DNA from: a virus
Lineage: Duplodnaviria > Caudoviricetes
Reading direction: 5' to 3' (one strand)
DNA: 62,352 bases
IMG/VR virus record: IMGVR_UViG_3300020021_000009
Span: 1-62,352 of that record
The translations under genes were made by a program, and so were the position numbers. The stretch's first letter is position 1; the number at the start of each line of letters is the position of its first letter. The notes beneath the pieces were generated by a model. It saw nothing but the letters and a program-made list of their open reading frames with translations. It made no database searches and was not told the DNA's origin. Of the stretch, positions 37,606 through 46,939 are shown one piece after another.

Positions 37606-39332
37606 TTGGCGCTCACCTCGCCCCACGACCGTCCCGGCTTCGAGACGTCGCAGGTGATCGGAACGCCGCGCCACTCCGTGGTGAACGCGGCCCGGACGAC
37701 TTCCGCGACCTCCGCCGCGTCCTCCTTCGGGACGGACAGCAGGATCTCGTCATGGATGACGGCCCGCAGGTACGGCCGGAAACTGTCCGGCAGCCGCAGC
37801 AGCGCGTCGCACAGCAGGTCCCGCGCCGTGCCCTGGCCCATCAGCGCGGGGGCTTGGGTGTAGGTCCGCTCCGGGTCGCAGCGCATGAGCCGGCCGAAAC
37901 CGTTGTCCAGCAGCTCCCCGGCGTCGGCCAGGGTCCTCACCTCGTCGGTCCACTGGGCCTTGCGCGGGAACATCCGCGCCATGCCGTCGAAGAACGCGTT
38001 CACCAGTTCCGGGTCGTGCCCGTCCGCGATCATCCGCTTGGGGCCCATGCCGTAGTTGGCTCCGTGGCCCAGTGGCTTGGCCGCCTCCCGGAAGGACGCG
38101 TCGCCGAAGATCTGCACCGCCAGTTCCGTGTGCGCGTCCCGTCCGGGCAAAAACAGGTCCATGTAGTTCCGGTCCTGGCAGTGCCCTGCCACGCCCCGCA
38201 TGTCGATCTGGGACAGGTCGCAGGACAGCAGCACGTGGCCCGCCTCCGGCAGGAAGACGTCCCGCTCCACGTGCCTGCCGCCGCGCTTGCCGTAGACCGT
38301 CAGCCCCGGCGCGGTGAACGACCACCGCCCCGACGCCTGCCCCATGTTGATCTTCGGGTGGACCCGGTCCCCCTCCAGGTGGTTGGCCGCCGTCTGGTAG
38401 ACCGTGCGGATCGTGGTCACCACACCCATCAGGCCCAGGACCTCCCGCAGCTCCGGCGGGCACTTCGGGTGGGCGGACAGGCCCTTGAGCACCTCCGCCG
38501 CCGTGGACAGCCCCGTCCGGGTGCGCGGGGGTGACAGGACGCCGTAGCGGGCGTACACGGCCTCCAGCCAGTCCGCCCCCTCCCGGGTGGCCAACGGGGA
38601 CGAGAACGGCTCCCAGACGGGCCTCCTGGCCGCGCCACGGCCCCGCAGGACGTCCCGGCCCAGCGGGAGCCCGTGCACGGCGTGCAGGCGCTCCAGGGCC
38701 TCCGTCTTGCGCGCCTCGCCCTGCGCGATCCGCTCGCGCAGCAGCGGCACGTCCACCCGGAACCCGTTCAGCGTCATCCGCCCGGCAAGGGACGCCAGGC
38801 GGTGCTCCCGGGCCCCGTACTCCGTCATCGGGTAGCGGGCCGCCACGGCGCGCGTCGCCTCCACGTCGGCCCGCAGGTAGGCCGCGTACCGGGAGTCGCC
38901 CACCGGGATGGCGTCGTACCCCCCGAACTCGCGCTTGAGCGATGCCAGGCCGCCGTCCCCGGTGACCTTCCCGGCGACGCCCAGCTTCTGCGCGACGTGG
39001 TCCAGGTCGTACCGGTCCGTGCTGCCGCCCGTGTCCCGGGCACGCGGCGGGTCCGCCAGCCGGGCCAGGATCAGGGTGTCCACCGCCTTGGCGGACAGCG
39101 CCTCCCAGTCGGCCCCGTGGTGGTACGCCAGCGCCAGCAGGTCGAAGCCCAGGACGTTGTGGCCCACCACGGCACCCGCCCGGTCCAGGAAGGCGGTGAG
39201 CACCCCCATGTCGGCGGTCACCCCGACCGGGCCGTCCGGCCCCGCCGCGCCGGCCAGCCGCAGGAAGTCCGGACGGTGAAACAGGTCGTCGGCGGAGCAG
39301 GTCTCCAGGTCGAAGTACGCGGTCGTCACCAT
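37602..39332 (-). CDS. DNA polymerase family A with 3'-5' exonuclease domain
   Basis: FDLET, GHN..FD, YLRAD; SGRWS, DLSQID, R..AK..HGANYG, HDEI. Confidence 0.93.
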   Translation of the reverse strand: MVTTAYFDLETCSADDLFHRPDFLRLAGAAGPDGPVGVTADMGVLTAFLDRAGAVVGHNVLGFDLLALAYHHGADWEALSAKAVDTLILARLADPPRARDTGGSTDRYDLDHVAQKLGVAGKVTGDGGLASLKREFGGYDAIPVGDSRYAAYLRADVEATRAVAARYPMTEYGAREHRLASLAGRMTLNGFRVDVPLLRERIAQGEARKTEALERLHAVHGLPLGRDVLRGRGAARRPVWEPFSSPLATREGADWLEAVYARYGVLSPPRTRTGLSTAAEVLKGLSAHPKCPPELREVLGLMGVVTTIRTVYQTAANHLEGDRVHPKINMGQASGRWSFTAPGLTVYGKRGGRHVERDVFLPEAGHVLLSCDLSQIDMRGVAGHCQDRNYMDLFLPGRDAHTELAVQIFGDASFREAAKPLGHGANYGMGPKRMIADGHDPELVNAFFDGMARMFPRKAQWTDEVRTLADAGELLDNGFGRLMRCDPERTYTQAPALMGQGTARDLLCDALLRLPDSFRPYLRAVIHDEILLSVPKEDAAEVAEVVRAAFTTEWRGVPITCDVSKPGRSWGEVSAK

Positions 39333-39333
39333 G

Positions 39334-41985
39334 TCACGCGCTCCAGTCGAAGTCGTCGGTCCCGGCCGCCGGATCGGCGGGGGCGAACGGGTTGGGCGCT
39401 CCCGTCACGTCGTCGGTCTGCACCGACGGCAGGGCACCAGGCCCCGCGCCTGCGCTTCCGCCAACTGGACCGCCAGCACCTGCCGACCACTGCGGAACCG
39501 GCCCATCGACGTGCACTCCCGCATCCGGTGGTACACGGTCACGGTCGGGACCTGCGGTACGAACACGTTCACCGTCACTCTCCGTATAAGTAGTCAACGG
39601 GTCGGTCCGCGGCTCGGGGACCGGCGCGGGGCCGTCGAACGGGTCCCAGACGGCAGGTGTGGGCGGTGTGGGGAGTGTGGGTTGTTCGCAATCCTGTCTA
39701 TGAGTCGGGACTGTATCCATGATCTTTTTCTCTTCAGTCCCAACCCTCACATAGGGTTGTATGGCACTCACACTAGTCACACTTCGCAGGTCAGAACCCA
39801 CACCAAGATCTCCGGCACCCACACCACTACCCACACTCCGCAGGTCAGAGCCCACACCGTGATCGTTTGACCCCCCCGTCGTGGTGACCGCCACATCCCG
39901 GTTACGGGTGGTTTGTCCGATTTCCTTGTCCTCCCCCGTGCGGGTTGTCACGTTCATGCCGACGTTTTTGTTCCGGTGGGTCAGCCGTACCTCACCCACA
40001 CCCGGCAGCGTCCGCAGCCGCTCTGCGAACTTCGGCCGGGACATGGCTTTGGCCGTACCGTCGTCCTCTGCCCAGGACCGGAACGCCACGTAGAGTGACG
40101 TGATCGTGTCCCCCTGGTCGGCCCCCACCGTCCGTCCCACGGCGTCCGGGTGCACGTCGCACCGGGTGGCCGCCCATCGGGCCACGCGGTCCGAGCGCGT
40201 CTCGAACTCCTGGCGCACGTCCGCGTCCTGCGGCAGGTAGCCGCCACGCCCGTGGAACCCCTGCCAGGCCCCCACCCAGCGGACCAGGATCCCGGGGAGC
40301 TCGCGCATCATGGAGTCCTCGATCGTCGGGTCCTCGCGTCCGGCGAAGCTGAACGGGAACCTGAACGGGGAGATCCGGTTGGTGTACGCGTCGGACGTCT
40401 CGCTGACCGTCGGCGGCTCGTTGGCGGAGAACGCGAACAGTGCCTGGTTGGTGAACCGGAAGGGCAGCCCGTACTTGCGGTCCGCCTCCACGACGTCCTC
40501 GCCGGACATCATCTTGAACAGGGACATGTCCGTCAGGTGCGCGCTGGACAGGTCCGCCGCGATGTTGGCCATCTTCTGATAGAGCGCGGCGGCCATGAAC
40601 CTGTTGTCGGCCAACTGGTGCAGCGACACCCCCGAGATGTTCTCAGGGCCCGCGACAGCACCCAGGATGCGCAGGGCGGTGCTCTTGCCGGAGTGGGAGG
40701 GGCCGAACGCGAACAACGCCTTGGCAGGGGTGCGGGAGGGGTCCAGCATCGTGGACGCCACCTCCTCCAGCTCACGCCCCTGGTCCGGGATCACCTGCTG
40801 GAGCCATGCCTCGTAATGGGGCGCCGTGGCACCAGGGTCCCAGGGCACGGGGATCTGCTGTGCGGACAGGTACTGCGGGCCGTGCGGCAGCAGCTCCCCC
40901 GTGCGCAGGTCCAGCATCCCGTTCGCGCAGTTCAGCACCGGTTCCGTTGCCCGGTCGCCCAGTCGCAGCCCGCGCCGGGTCAGTTCGCCCACGAGGTACT
41001 CCTCCACCGTGGACCGGTGGGCGGGCCGGAAGTCCTCGCCCAGCATGTCGCTGATCCGGTCGATCAGCGGCTCCCGGCCGCGGTCCACGCGGAACGCCCC
41101 GTCGCGGTACAGCGCGATCATTGATCCCTTGCCGAGCGCCGCAGGCTGGCCCTCCAGCACGGCGAGTGCCGTGGTCCGGGCGAGCAGGCCCTTCTCCGTC
41201 ATGTAGGGGGACGCGGCCTTGCGGCCCGGGGGCCGGCCCAGCTTCGCCACGGCCAGCTTCGCCAGCTGCTCCAGGAAGGACGTCCGCCCGCCCGCTGCGC
41301 GCCGTCCCAGGACGTCGTCCAGGCCGTCGGTCGACCTGGCCCCCGCGATCTTGGCGAAGCGCACGCCCTCCGCCCCTTCGAGCTCCAACGCCTCCTGGAG
41401 CCTGACCGCCGCGTCGTGGACGTTGCGGTTGGTGGCCACGTCGCCGTCGAAGACCACCACCACCTCCCGGCCGGCCGCCCAGGACAGGTCCGTGCCCACC
41501 CAGGAGTCACAGCCGGGTACCGCCACCACGCCCCAGGCCACCGGGGCCCACACGGCCGCCGCGATCCCCTGCTTGGTGCCCTCCACGAACAGGTACGGGT
41601 CCTCGCCCCCGGCGGGTGCGCGCAGGTGGTTCAGGAAGGTTCCGCAGCCCTTCGGCAGGACGTACTTGTGCGCCTCCCCCCGGTCGTCCACCACGGGTGT
41701 GTCGGGGCGGAACTGGACCACGGTCCGGTCCTGGTCGCGCCACTCGAACAGCAGCCCGGGCCCGCGGCCGGGCCCCTGCACCCACCAGCGGGCGATCTCG
41801 TCCGGCACGTGGTCCGGATGGGCCACCGCCCGCACGCCGTACTCCAGCGCCTTGTCCACCGGGATGCCCCCGGCCTCCAGCGCCTCCAGTCCGGCCGGGC
41901 TGAACGCGTTCCCCAGCGCGTCCACGGCGCGTGTCTGCGCGTCCTCGGCATGTCCGTTCAGCGACGGGTCCACGTCTGTGGTCAT
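39334..41985 (-). CDS. primase-helicase (TOPRIM-like plus D5/SF3 helicase)
   Basis: FVEGTKQ, VFDGD, DGLDD; LNCANG.LDL, GPSHSGKS, FSANEPP. Confidence 0.9.
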   Translation of the reverse strand: MTTDVDPSLNGHAEDAQTRAVDALGNAFSPAGLEALEAGGIPVDKALEYGVRAVAHPDHVPDEIARWWVQGPGRGPGLLFEWRDQDRTVVQFRPDTPVVDDRGEAHKYVLPKGCGTFLNHLRAPAGGEDPYLFVEGTKQGIAAAVWAPVAWGVVAVPGCDSWVGTDLSWAAGREVVVVFDGDVATNRNVHDAAVRLQEALELEGAEGVRFAKIAGARSTDGLDDVLGRRAAGGRTSFLEQLAKLAVAKLGRPPGRKAASPYMTEKGLLARTTALAVLEGQPAALGKGSMIALYRDGAFRVDRGREPLIDRISDMLGEDFRPAHRSTVEEYLVGELTRRGLRLGDRATEPVLNCANGMLDLRTGELLPHGPQYLSAQQIPVPWDPGATAPHYEAWLQQVIPDQGRELEEVASTMLDPSRTPAKALFAFGPSHSGKSTALRILGAVAGPENISGVSLHQLADNRFMAAALYQKMANIAADLSSAHLTDMSLFKMMSGEDVVEADRKYGLPFRFTNQALFAFSANEPPTVSETSDAYTNRISPFRFPFSFAGREDPTIEDSMMRELPGILVRWVGAWQGFHGRGGYLPQDADVRQEFETRSDRVARWAATRCDVHPDAVGRTVGADQGDTITSLYVAFRSWAEDDGTAKAMSRPKFAERLRTLPGVGEVRLTHRNKNVGMNVTTRTGEDKEIGQTTRNRDVAVTTTGGSNDHGVGSDLRSVGSGVGAGDLGVGSDLRSVTSVSAIQPYVRVGTEEKKIMDTVPTHRQDCEQPTLPTPPTPAVWDPFDGPAPVPEPRTDPLTTYTESDGERVRTAGPDRDRVPPDAGVHVDGPVPQWSAGAGGPVGGSAGAGPGALPSVQTDDVTGAPNPFAPADPAAGTDDFDWSA
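39650..39860. other. putative replication origin within the 3' end of the primase gene
   Basis: 27-bp direct repeats at 39778..39804 and 39832..39858; CCCACAC units with inverted GTGTGGG; AT-richer core. Confidence 0.6.
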
Positions 41986-42018
41986 GCTGCCCCCTCTCAG
42001 GTGCTGTGGTGGGGGACG

Positions 42019-42219
42019 CTACGCGCTGCGCGGGGCGTCAGGCGTCGGGGTGCGCAGCGCGTCCAGCTGCTCCTGGTCGATGCGCACGGCGCGGCGTCCG
42101 ACGCGGTAGCGGGTCAGGGTGCCGTCCGCCAGCCATGCGTCCACGGTGCGGATGTCCACTCCGGCCCGGCCGGCCGCCTCCTGGCGGGTCAGCCAGGTCC
42201 TTGTCTCGGTAGGTGTCAT
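42019..42219 (-). CDS. excisionase/MerR-like HTH DNA-binding protein
   Basis: WLTRQEAA..GVDIRTV..W..G.L..YRVG. Confidence 0.85.
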   Translation of the reverse strand: MTPTETRTWLTRQEAAGRAGVDIRTVDAWLADGTLTRYRVGRRAVRIDQEQLDALRTPTPDAPRSA

Positions 42220-42256
42220 GGGGAGGAGACTAGCAGCACGGATCAGTCCGCACCAG

Positions 42257-42291
42257 TTGACGTCAGGAGGGATCTCCGATTTAATCAAACC
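42257..42291 (+). promoter_or_regulatory. sigma70-like promoter overlapped by operator-like site at the main divergence point
   Basis: TTGACG-N17-TTTAAT; GATTTAATCAAACC at 42278..42291; ATG at 42293 may be leaderless. Confidence 0.75.
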
Positions 42292-42292
42292 C

Positions 42293-42892
42293 ATGACAGA
42301 GACACCGAGCACCACCGGACGACTGCGCGTCGGAGTCCTGGCCGGCTGCGACCGCACCGGCCCGCACGCCCCGCACCGGGGCACGTCGTCCGCGACCGTG
42401 GACGGTACCTGGTATTGGGTTGGCTGGCTGTGCAACGGCAAGACAGAGCCGGTCCAGGACCTGAACGGCAACCAGGTGGAGGCCGCCCGCGCTGCGGCGG
42501 GTCCGGAGGTGTCGCAGACGTTCATCACACAGGCGTCCGCCCCGCTGGACCCGCGGACGCACGCATTCCTAGGAGGTCCGGAGGAAGTGGTCGTGGAGAT
42601 GCTGGCCTACACGGACCCGAAGCCGGTCCTGGACTCGAACAGTAACCAGGGGGAGGCACTGCGGGGTATCGCGTCCCTGCTGATCCGCCAGGACATGCGC
42701 AACGCGGACCCGGTGGAGAGCCGGGGCACGAACGACCAGAAGATCATGCAGTGGGCCGTGGACACGGCCGGACACCTGTTCGACCAGCACGAGTTGTGGG
42801 ACTACGACATGGTGTCCGACGCGGACCACGTCCACCGCTGCTACGACCACCGTCACGACGGACCCGGGACGCGGGGACTGGACCGTGGCTGA
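42293..42892 (+). CDS. hypothetical protein
   Basis: Start immediately after promoter; coding-like. Confidence 0.65.
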   Translation: MTETPSTTGRLRVGVLAGCDRTGPHAPHRGTSSATVDGTWYWVGWLCNGKTEPVQDLNGNQVEAARAAAGPEVSQTFITQASAPLDPRTHAFLGGPEEVVVEMLAYTDPKPVLDSNSNQGEALRGIASLLIRQDMRNADPVESRGTNDQKIMQWAVDTAGHLFDQHELWDYDMVSDADHVHRCYDHRHDGPGTRGLDRG

Positions 42893-43088
42893 CTGGCTTC
42901 GGGCCGGTCTGTCGTACCCGGCGTACTGCAACGTGTTCTTTGGCACCCACGGATGCGACCTGTCCGCGGGCCACCCGCCGGAGTTGGGTCACGTCTGCCT
43001 GGAGGCGGATTACGACCTGCTGCCTGACCAGGGAGGGTTCCACGACCCGGTGGAGCTCTCCCTGATCTGCCGGCGGGCGGACGGGTGA
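42885..43088 (+). CDS. small hypothetical protein
   Basis: Overlaps previous stop; Cys/His-rich. Confidence 0.45.
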   Translation: MADWLRAGLSYPAYCNVFFGTHGCDLSAGHPPELGHVCLEADYDLLPDQGGFHDPVELSLICRRADG

Positions 43089-43166
43089 CCCCGCCACGTA
43101 CTCACGCATCGCTCCGGGGCCCCGGTCGTGCCCGGGCCACCCCGACTACCGAGAGAGGGAACGATC

Positions 43167-43511
43167 ATGATCGGACACACCACGACGACCGAACTGCGGT
43201 TGCGTCATGCGGAGCTGGAGGCGTCCGCGCAGCGGCTGCGGGAGCGGGCTGCGGGCATGGACCCGACCCGGGCCACCACATCCGGGACCATGCGACTGAT
43301 CCGTGCCACCCAGAAGCGGGCGGACGACTATGCACGGATCCTCTCGCAGTCGGAGACACCCCCGCTGGACCTGGACCGTATGGAGGTGCACCTGGTCGGG
43401 GCGCTGGGGGCGGTCCGGGAGACGTCGGGGGTGGAGATCACCGATGCGGCAGTGGCGGAGGTTCTGTACGTGGTGGGGAACCTGTTCAGCGGATGGCGGT
43501 CACAGCCGTGA
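43167..43511 (+). CDS. hypothetical protein
   Basis: GAGAGGG RBS; helical composition. Confidence 0.55.
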   Translation: MIGHTTTTELRLRHAELEASAQRLRERAAGMDPTRATTSGTMRLIRATQKRADDYARILSQSETPPLDLDRMEVHLVGALGAVRETSGVEITDAAVAEVLYVVGNLFSGWRSQP

Positions 43512-44650
43512 GCACACCGACGATGGCAGGGCTGTGCGCCGGGGCCGGTGGCCTGGAGATGGCCGTCAGCCAGGTCACCGGGGCGGTCCCGCTGTGGCTG
43601 GCGGAGAACGACCCGTGGGCCGTCGCCGTCCTCGCGGAGCGCTTCCCGGGCGTGCCCAACGTGGGTGACATCACGACGGCCGACTGGTCGTCGCTGCCCG
43701 CAGTGGACGTCCTGGCGGCCGGTTTCCCGTGCACGGACATTAGCGACGCGGGACCCAGGACTGGGATCACCGGACCCAGGTCGTCGGTGTGGAAGAACGT
43801 GGCGGAGGCCGTCTCCGTGCTCCGGCCCCGCCTGGTCATGCTGGAGAACGTGGCCGCCATCCGGGGCCGCGGCCTGGACACGGTCGTCACCGACCTGGCG
43901 GCCCTCGGCTACGGGGTGCGGTGGGTGTGCGTGTACGCCTCCGACGTCAAGGCACCGCATCCGCGCAGGCGCTGGTTCGCCGTGGCCGTGCCCCTGTCGG
44001 AGTCCCCGCTTCCGGGTTGGGACTCGGTCCGCGAGCCGATGCCGATGCACGGAATGTTCACCGGGGGCGTCGTCCGTGTCGCGCCGGGGCTGCCTACCGC
44101 GCTCCGTCGGACTGGTCTGCTGCCCAGTCCGACGGCCGCGGACGGGACGGGCGGTCCGGGCACGTCCCCGAAGCGAACGGGGGGTATCAACCTACGGACT
44201 GCTGTCTCCCTACTCCCCACACCGAAGGCGAGCGATGGCCCCCACGGGGGCCCGTCGCAGCGGGACGCGGCCGGTCACTTCTACCTGCCGGGCGTTGCCG
44301 GTCACCTGCTCCCGGCGGACGGCAGTGAATGGTCGTGGGTGTGTGCGGACGGCCGGGACTTCGGTCCGGCCGTCAAGCGTTGGCAGGGGGTGCTCCAGCA
44401 GGGTGCGCCGTGCCCCGTCACGAGGGGGCACGGCGGAGGCCTGTCCCTGGCACCCGCGTTCGCCGAATGGATGATGGGCTGGCCACCCGGCCACGTCACG
44501 GCCACGCGCACGCCGGCCCCCCGAAGCCAGCAGCTCCGGATCATCGGCAACGGTGTGGTACCCCGGCAGGCGGCCTACGCCTACCGGTTCCTGCTCAGCC
44601 AGTGGAGGAACGGATCAGGACCGAGAGCAGGAACGCGGACTGCGAGATGA
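43508..44650 (+). CDS. DNA (cytosine-5)-methyltransferase
   Basis: LCAGAGG (motif I), GFPC (IV), ENV (VI), PHPRRRWF (VIII), IGNGVVP (X). Confidence 0.9.
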   Translation: MSTPTMAGLCAGAGGLEMAVSQVTGAVPLWLAENDPWAVAVLAERFPGVPNVGDITTADWSSLPAVDVLAAGFPCTDISDAGPRTGITGPRSSVWKNVAEAVSVLRPRLVMLENVAAIRGRGLDTVVTDLAALGYGVRWVCVYASDVKAPHPRRRWFAVAVPLSESPLPGWDSVREPMPMHGMFTGGVVRVAPGLPTALRRTGLLPSPTAADGTGGPGTSPKRTGGINLRTAVSLLPTPKASDGPHGGPSQRDAAGHFYLPGVAGHLLPADGSEWSWVCADGRDFGPAVKRWQGVLQQGAPCPVTRGHGGGLSLAPAFAEWMMGWPPGHVTATRTPAPRSQQLRIIGNGVVPRQAAYAYRFLLSQWRNGSGPRAGTRTAR

Positions 44651-44780
44651 CACGGCCCCGGTACGGCGAGTGCCCGCAGGTCCGCCGCCACGTCGCGCAC
44701 CAGTGGACCGGCGGTGTGGCTAACGAGGTGCGCTACCGGTGCGACGGAGTGGGCTCCGACCCTTCCACAGAGCTCCTGCA

Positions 44781-44800
44781 ACTGCTTTAATTAAATCAGT
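44781..44800. promoter_or_regulatory. recurrent operator-like site
   Basis: ACTGCTTTAATTAAATCAGT, 1 mismatch from the perfect palindrome. Confidence 0.85.
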
Positions 44801-44827
44801 ATCCGACCACGACCGAAGGACACGGCT

Positions 44828-44941
44828 ATGGGAAACGCCCCTCGCGGCATCGGCTGGGGCCTGCTGTTCTCCGCACTCCTCTGGATCATCGTCGGAGGCC
44901 TGACCGGGTTCGTCCTCTTCTACGTGGCGGGTGCCCGGTGA
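44828..44941 (+). CDS. 37-aa membrane peptide (not in ORF track)
   Basis: GAAGGA RBS; MGNAPRGIGWGLLFSALLWIIVGGLTGFVLFYVAGAR. Confidence 0.55.
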   Translation: MGNAPRGIGWGLLFSALLWIIVGGLTGFVLFYVAGAR

Positions 44942-45002
44942 GGTGCCCGGAGTGCGGGACGCGGTTCCCGGGCCACACCGGGGACGGCCCGGAGGTGTCG
45001 CT

Positions 45003-46670
45003 GTGAGCACGGACATGCTGCCGCTGCGCGGCTATCAGCGGGAGGCTATCGACGCCGTGTTCCGCGCGCACGCGGACGGGATGCGGCGGCCGGCCGTCGT
45101 GCTCAGTACCGGGGCCGGCAAGACCGTCGTCTTCTCGCACCTGGCCTCCGAGTTCCACGAGCGCACCGGGAAGCGGGTTCTGGTCCTGGTGCACCGAGAC
45201 GAGCTCGCGGACCAGGCGCTGTCCAAGCTGCGCACGGTGGCGCCGCACCTGTCGGCGGGGAAGGTCAAGGCGGGCGTGGACGAGGTGGACGCCCAGGTGG
45301 TCGTCGCCTCCGTGCAGACGATCGTCCGCCCGTCCCGGATGGCCCGGCTGCTGGACTCCCAGCAGCGGTATCGGCCGTTCGGCCTGATCATCTCTGATGA
45401 GGCGCACCATGCGGTGAGTCCGTCATGGCAAAAGATCTTCAACGCCTTCCCGGACGCGGTGCACGCGGGCTTCACCGCGACCATGGCACGCGGGGACGGC
45501 ATCGGCCTGGGCACCGCGTGGGAGGACGTGGTGTACACCAAGTCCCTGGCGTACATGATCTCCAAGGGCCACCTGGTCCCGCCCACCGGACGCTCGGTCG
45601 CGGTGGACGACCTGGACCTGTCCGGCGTCAGGCAGTCCCGGGGCGACTACCAGGCGGGGGGCCTGGGCCACGCGCTGGAGGAGTCCGACGCGCTGGCCCG
45701 GATCGCGGTCGCCTACCGGGAGCACGCCTCCGACCGGCCCGGCGTCGTCTTCACCCCGACGGTCGCCACCGCCCACGGCGCGGCGAAGGAGCTGGAGGCG
45801 CTGGGCCTGCGGTCCGCTGTCGTCACCGGGGAGACGCCGCGCGAGGACCGGGTACGGATCTTCGCCGACTACGCGGCCGGCAGGGTGCAGGTACTCGCGA
45901 ACTGCATGGTGCTGACCGAGGGCTGGGACGCGCCCCACGCCTCGTGTGCCGTCATCGCCCGACCCACCGCCTCCCAGCCGCTGTACATGCAGATGGTGGG
46001 CCGGGTGCTCCGCCCGTTCCCGGGGAAGGCGGACGCCCTGGTCCTGGACGTGGTGGGGGCGAGCGAGACCAACAAACTCGCCACTTTGATCGATCTCGAA
46101 GAGGGGCTGTTCGCAGAGCGGAAGCCCTGCCGCACCTGCGGTACGACCCCGTGCACCTGCCCGTGCGCGGGATGCGGGGGGCGCCGGCCGTGCAGGACCT
46201 GCGTCCTGGAGGCAGACGCCCCGCTGGTGCTCAGGGGGACCGGGGAGAAGCTGGACCTGTTCGCGTCCTCCCGGTCCGCGTGGCTGCGCACGGTGATGGG
46301 GGTGTGGTTCATCCCGGCGGGGGACACCGTGGTCCTGCTGTGGCCGCAGACGGACGGGTCGTGGACGGTGGCCGCCGCCCCCAAGCGCGGCCAGTGGGAG
46401 CGGCTGCACGGGGACCTGACACTGGAGACGGCCATGTCCTGGGGCGAGGTGGAGGCGGAGGACCGCGGCGGCAGCATCGCCATGCGGGGCGCGTCCTGGC
46501 GCAAGCGGAAGGCGGAGCCGACGGAGCCCCAGCTGAACATGGCCCGGTCGCTGCGGATCGTGCACAGCCCCGACACCACCAAGGCGGAGCTCTCCGACCT
46601 GATCTCCGTGGCGTTCGCGTCCCGGGTCATCGACCGGTTCGTCCCCCGCGACAGCGTCCCGCAGGCCTGA
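45003..46670 (+). CDS. SF2 DEAH-box helicase
   Basis: LRGYQ, TGAGKT, DEAHH, FTAT, QMVGRVLR. Confidence 0.92.
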   Translation: MSTDMLPLRGYQREAIDAVFRAHADGMRRPAVVLSTGAGKTVVFSHLASEFHERTGKRVLVLVHRDELADQALSKLRTVAPHLSAGKVKAGVDEVDAQVVVASVQTIVRPSRMARLLDSQQRYRPFGLIISDEAHHAVSPSWQKIFNAFPDAVHAGFTATMARGDGIGLGTAWEDVVYTKSLAYMISKGHLVPPTGRSVAVDDLDLSGVRQSRGDYQAGGLGHALEESDALARIAVAYREHASDRPGVVFTPTVATAHGAAKELEALGLRSAVVTGETPREDRVRIFADYAAGRVQVLANCMVLTEGWDAPHASCAVIARPTASQPLYMQMVGRVLRPFPGKADALVLDVVGASETNKLATLIDLEEGLFAERKPCRTCGTTPCTCPCAGCGGRRPCRTCVLEADAPLVLRGTGEKLDLFASSRSAWLRTVMGVWFIPAGDTVVLLWPQTDGSWTVAAAPKRGQWERLHGDLTLETAMSWGEVEAEDRGGSIAMRGASWRKRKAEPTEPQLNMARSLRIVHSPDTTKAELSDLISVAFASRVIDRFVPRDSVPQA

Positions 46671-46688
46671 CGCCGGAGCCCGTTTACT

Positions 46689-46702
46689 GATTTAATGAAA
46701 TC
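46689..46702. promoter_or_regulatory. recurrent operator-like site
   Basis: GATTTAATGAAATC; upstream CGCCGGAGCCCG is shared with the site at 1006. Confidence 0.8.
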
Positions 46703-46723
46703 GACACAGCGAAAGGGGCGGGC

Positions 46724-46939
46724 ATGCTCGCATCGGAGCGGGACGCCGTGCGCAGGATCGTCCGGGAAGAGCTGGACATCCTGCTGAACGAGATCGGGAA
46801 CGCCGCGCAGTTCCTGGACATGGGACCGGCCGCGGACGTCCCGGTGACGGTCCTGACCAGGGTGGTCCGACAGGTACAGACCGTGCGGCCGGGGGCCGCG
46901 GGAGACACGAGGGAAGAGGGGACCGACAGTGCCGACTGA
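46724..46939 (+). CDS. small hypothetical protein
   Basis: After operator-like site; VRRIVREEL. Confidence 0.55.
   Translation: MLASERDAVRRIVREELDILLNEIGNAAQFLDMGPAADVPVTVLTRVVRQVQTVRPGAAGDTREEGTDSAD

Noticed and set aside
42019-42219. Excisionase as evidence for integration
   Set aside because: No integrase or att site recognised; this HTH family often acts as a regulator
43508-44650. Methyltransferase as part of a restriction-modification system
   Set aside because: No adjacent endonuclease; orphan C5-methyltransferases are common in actinophages
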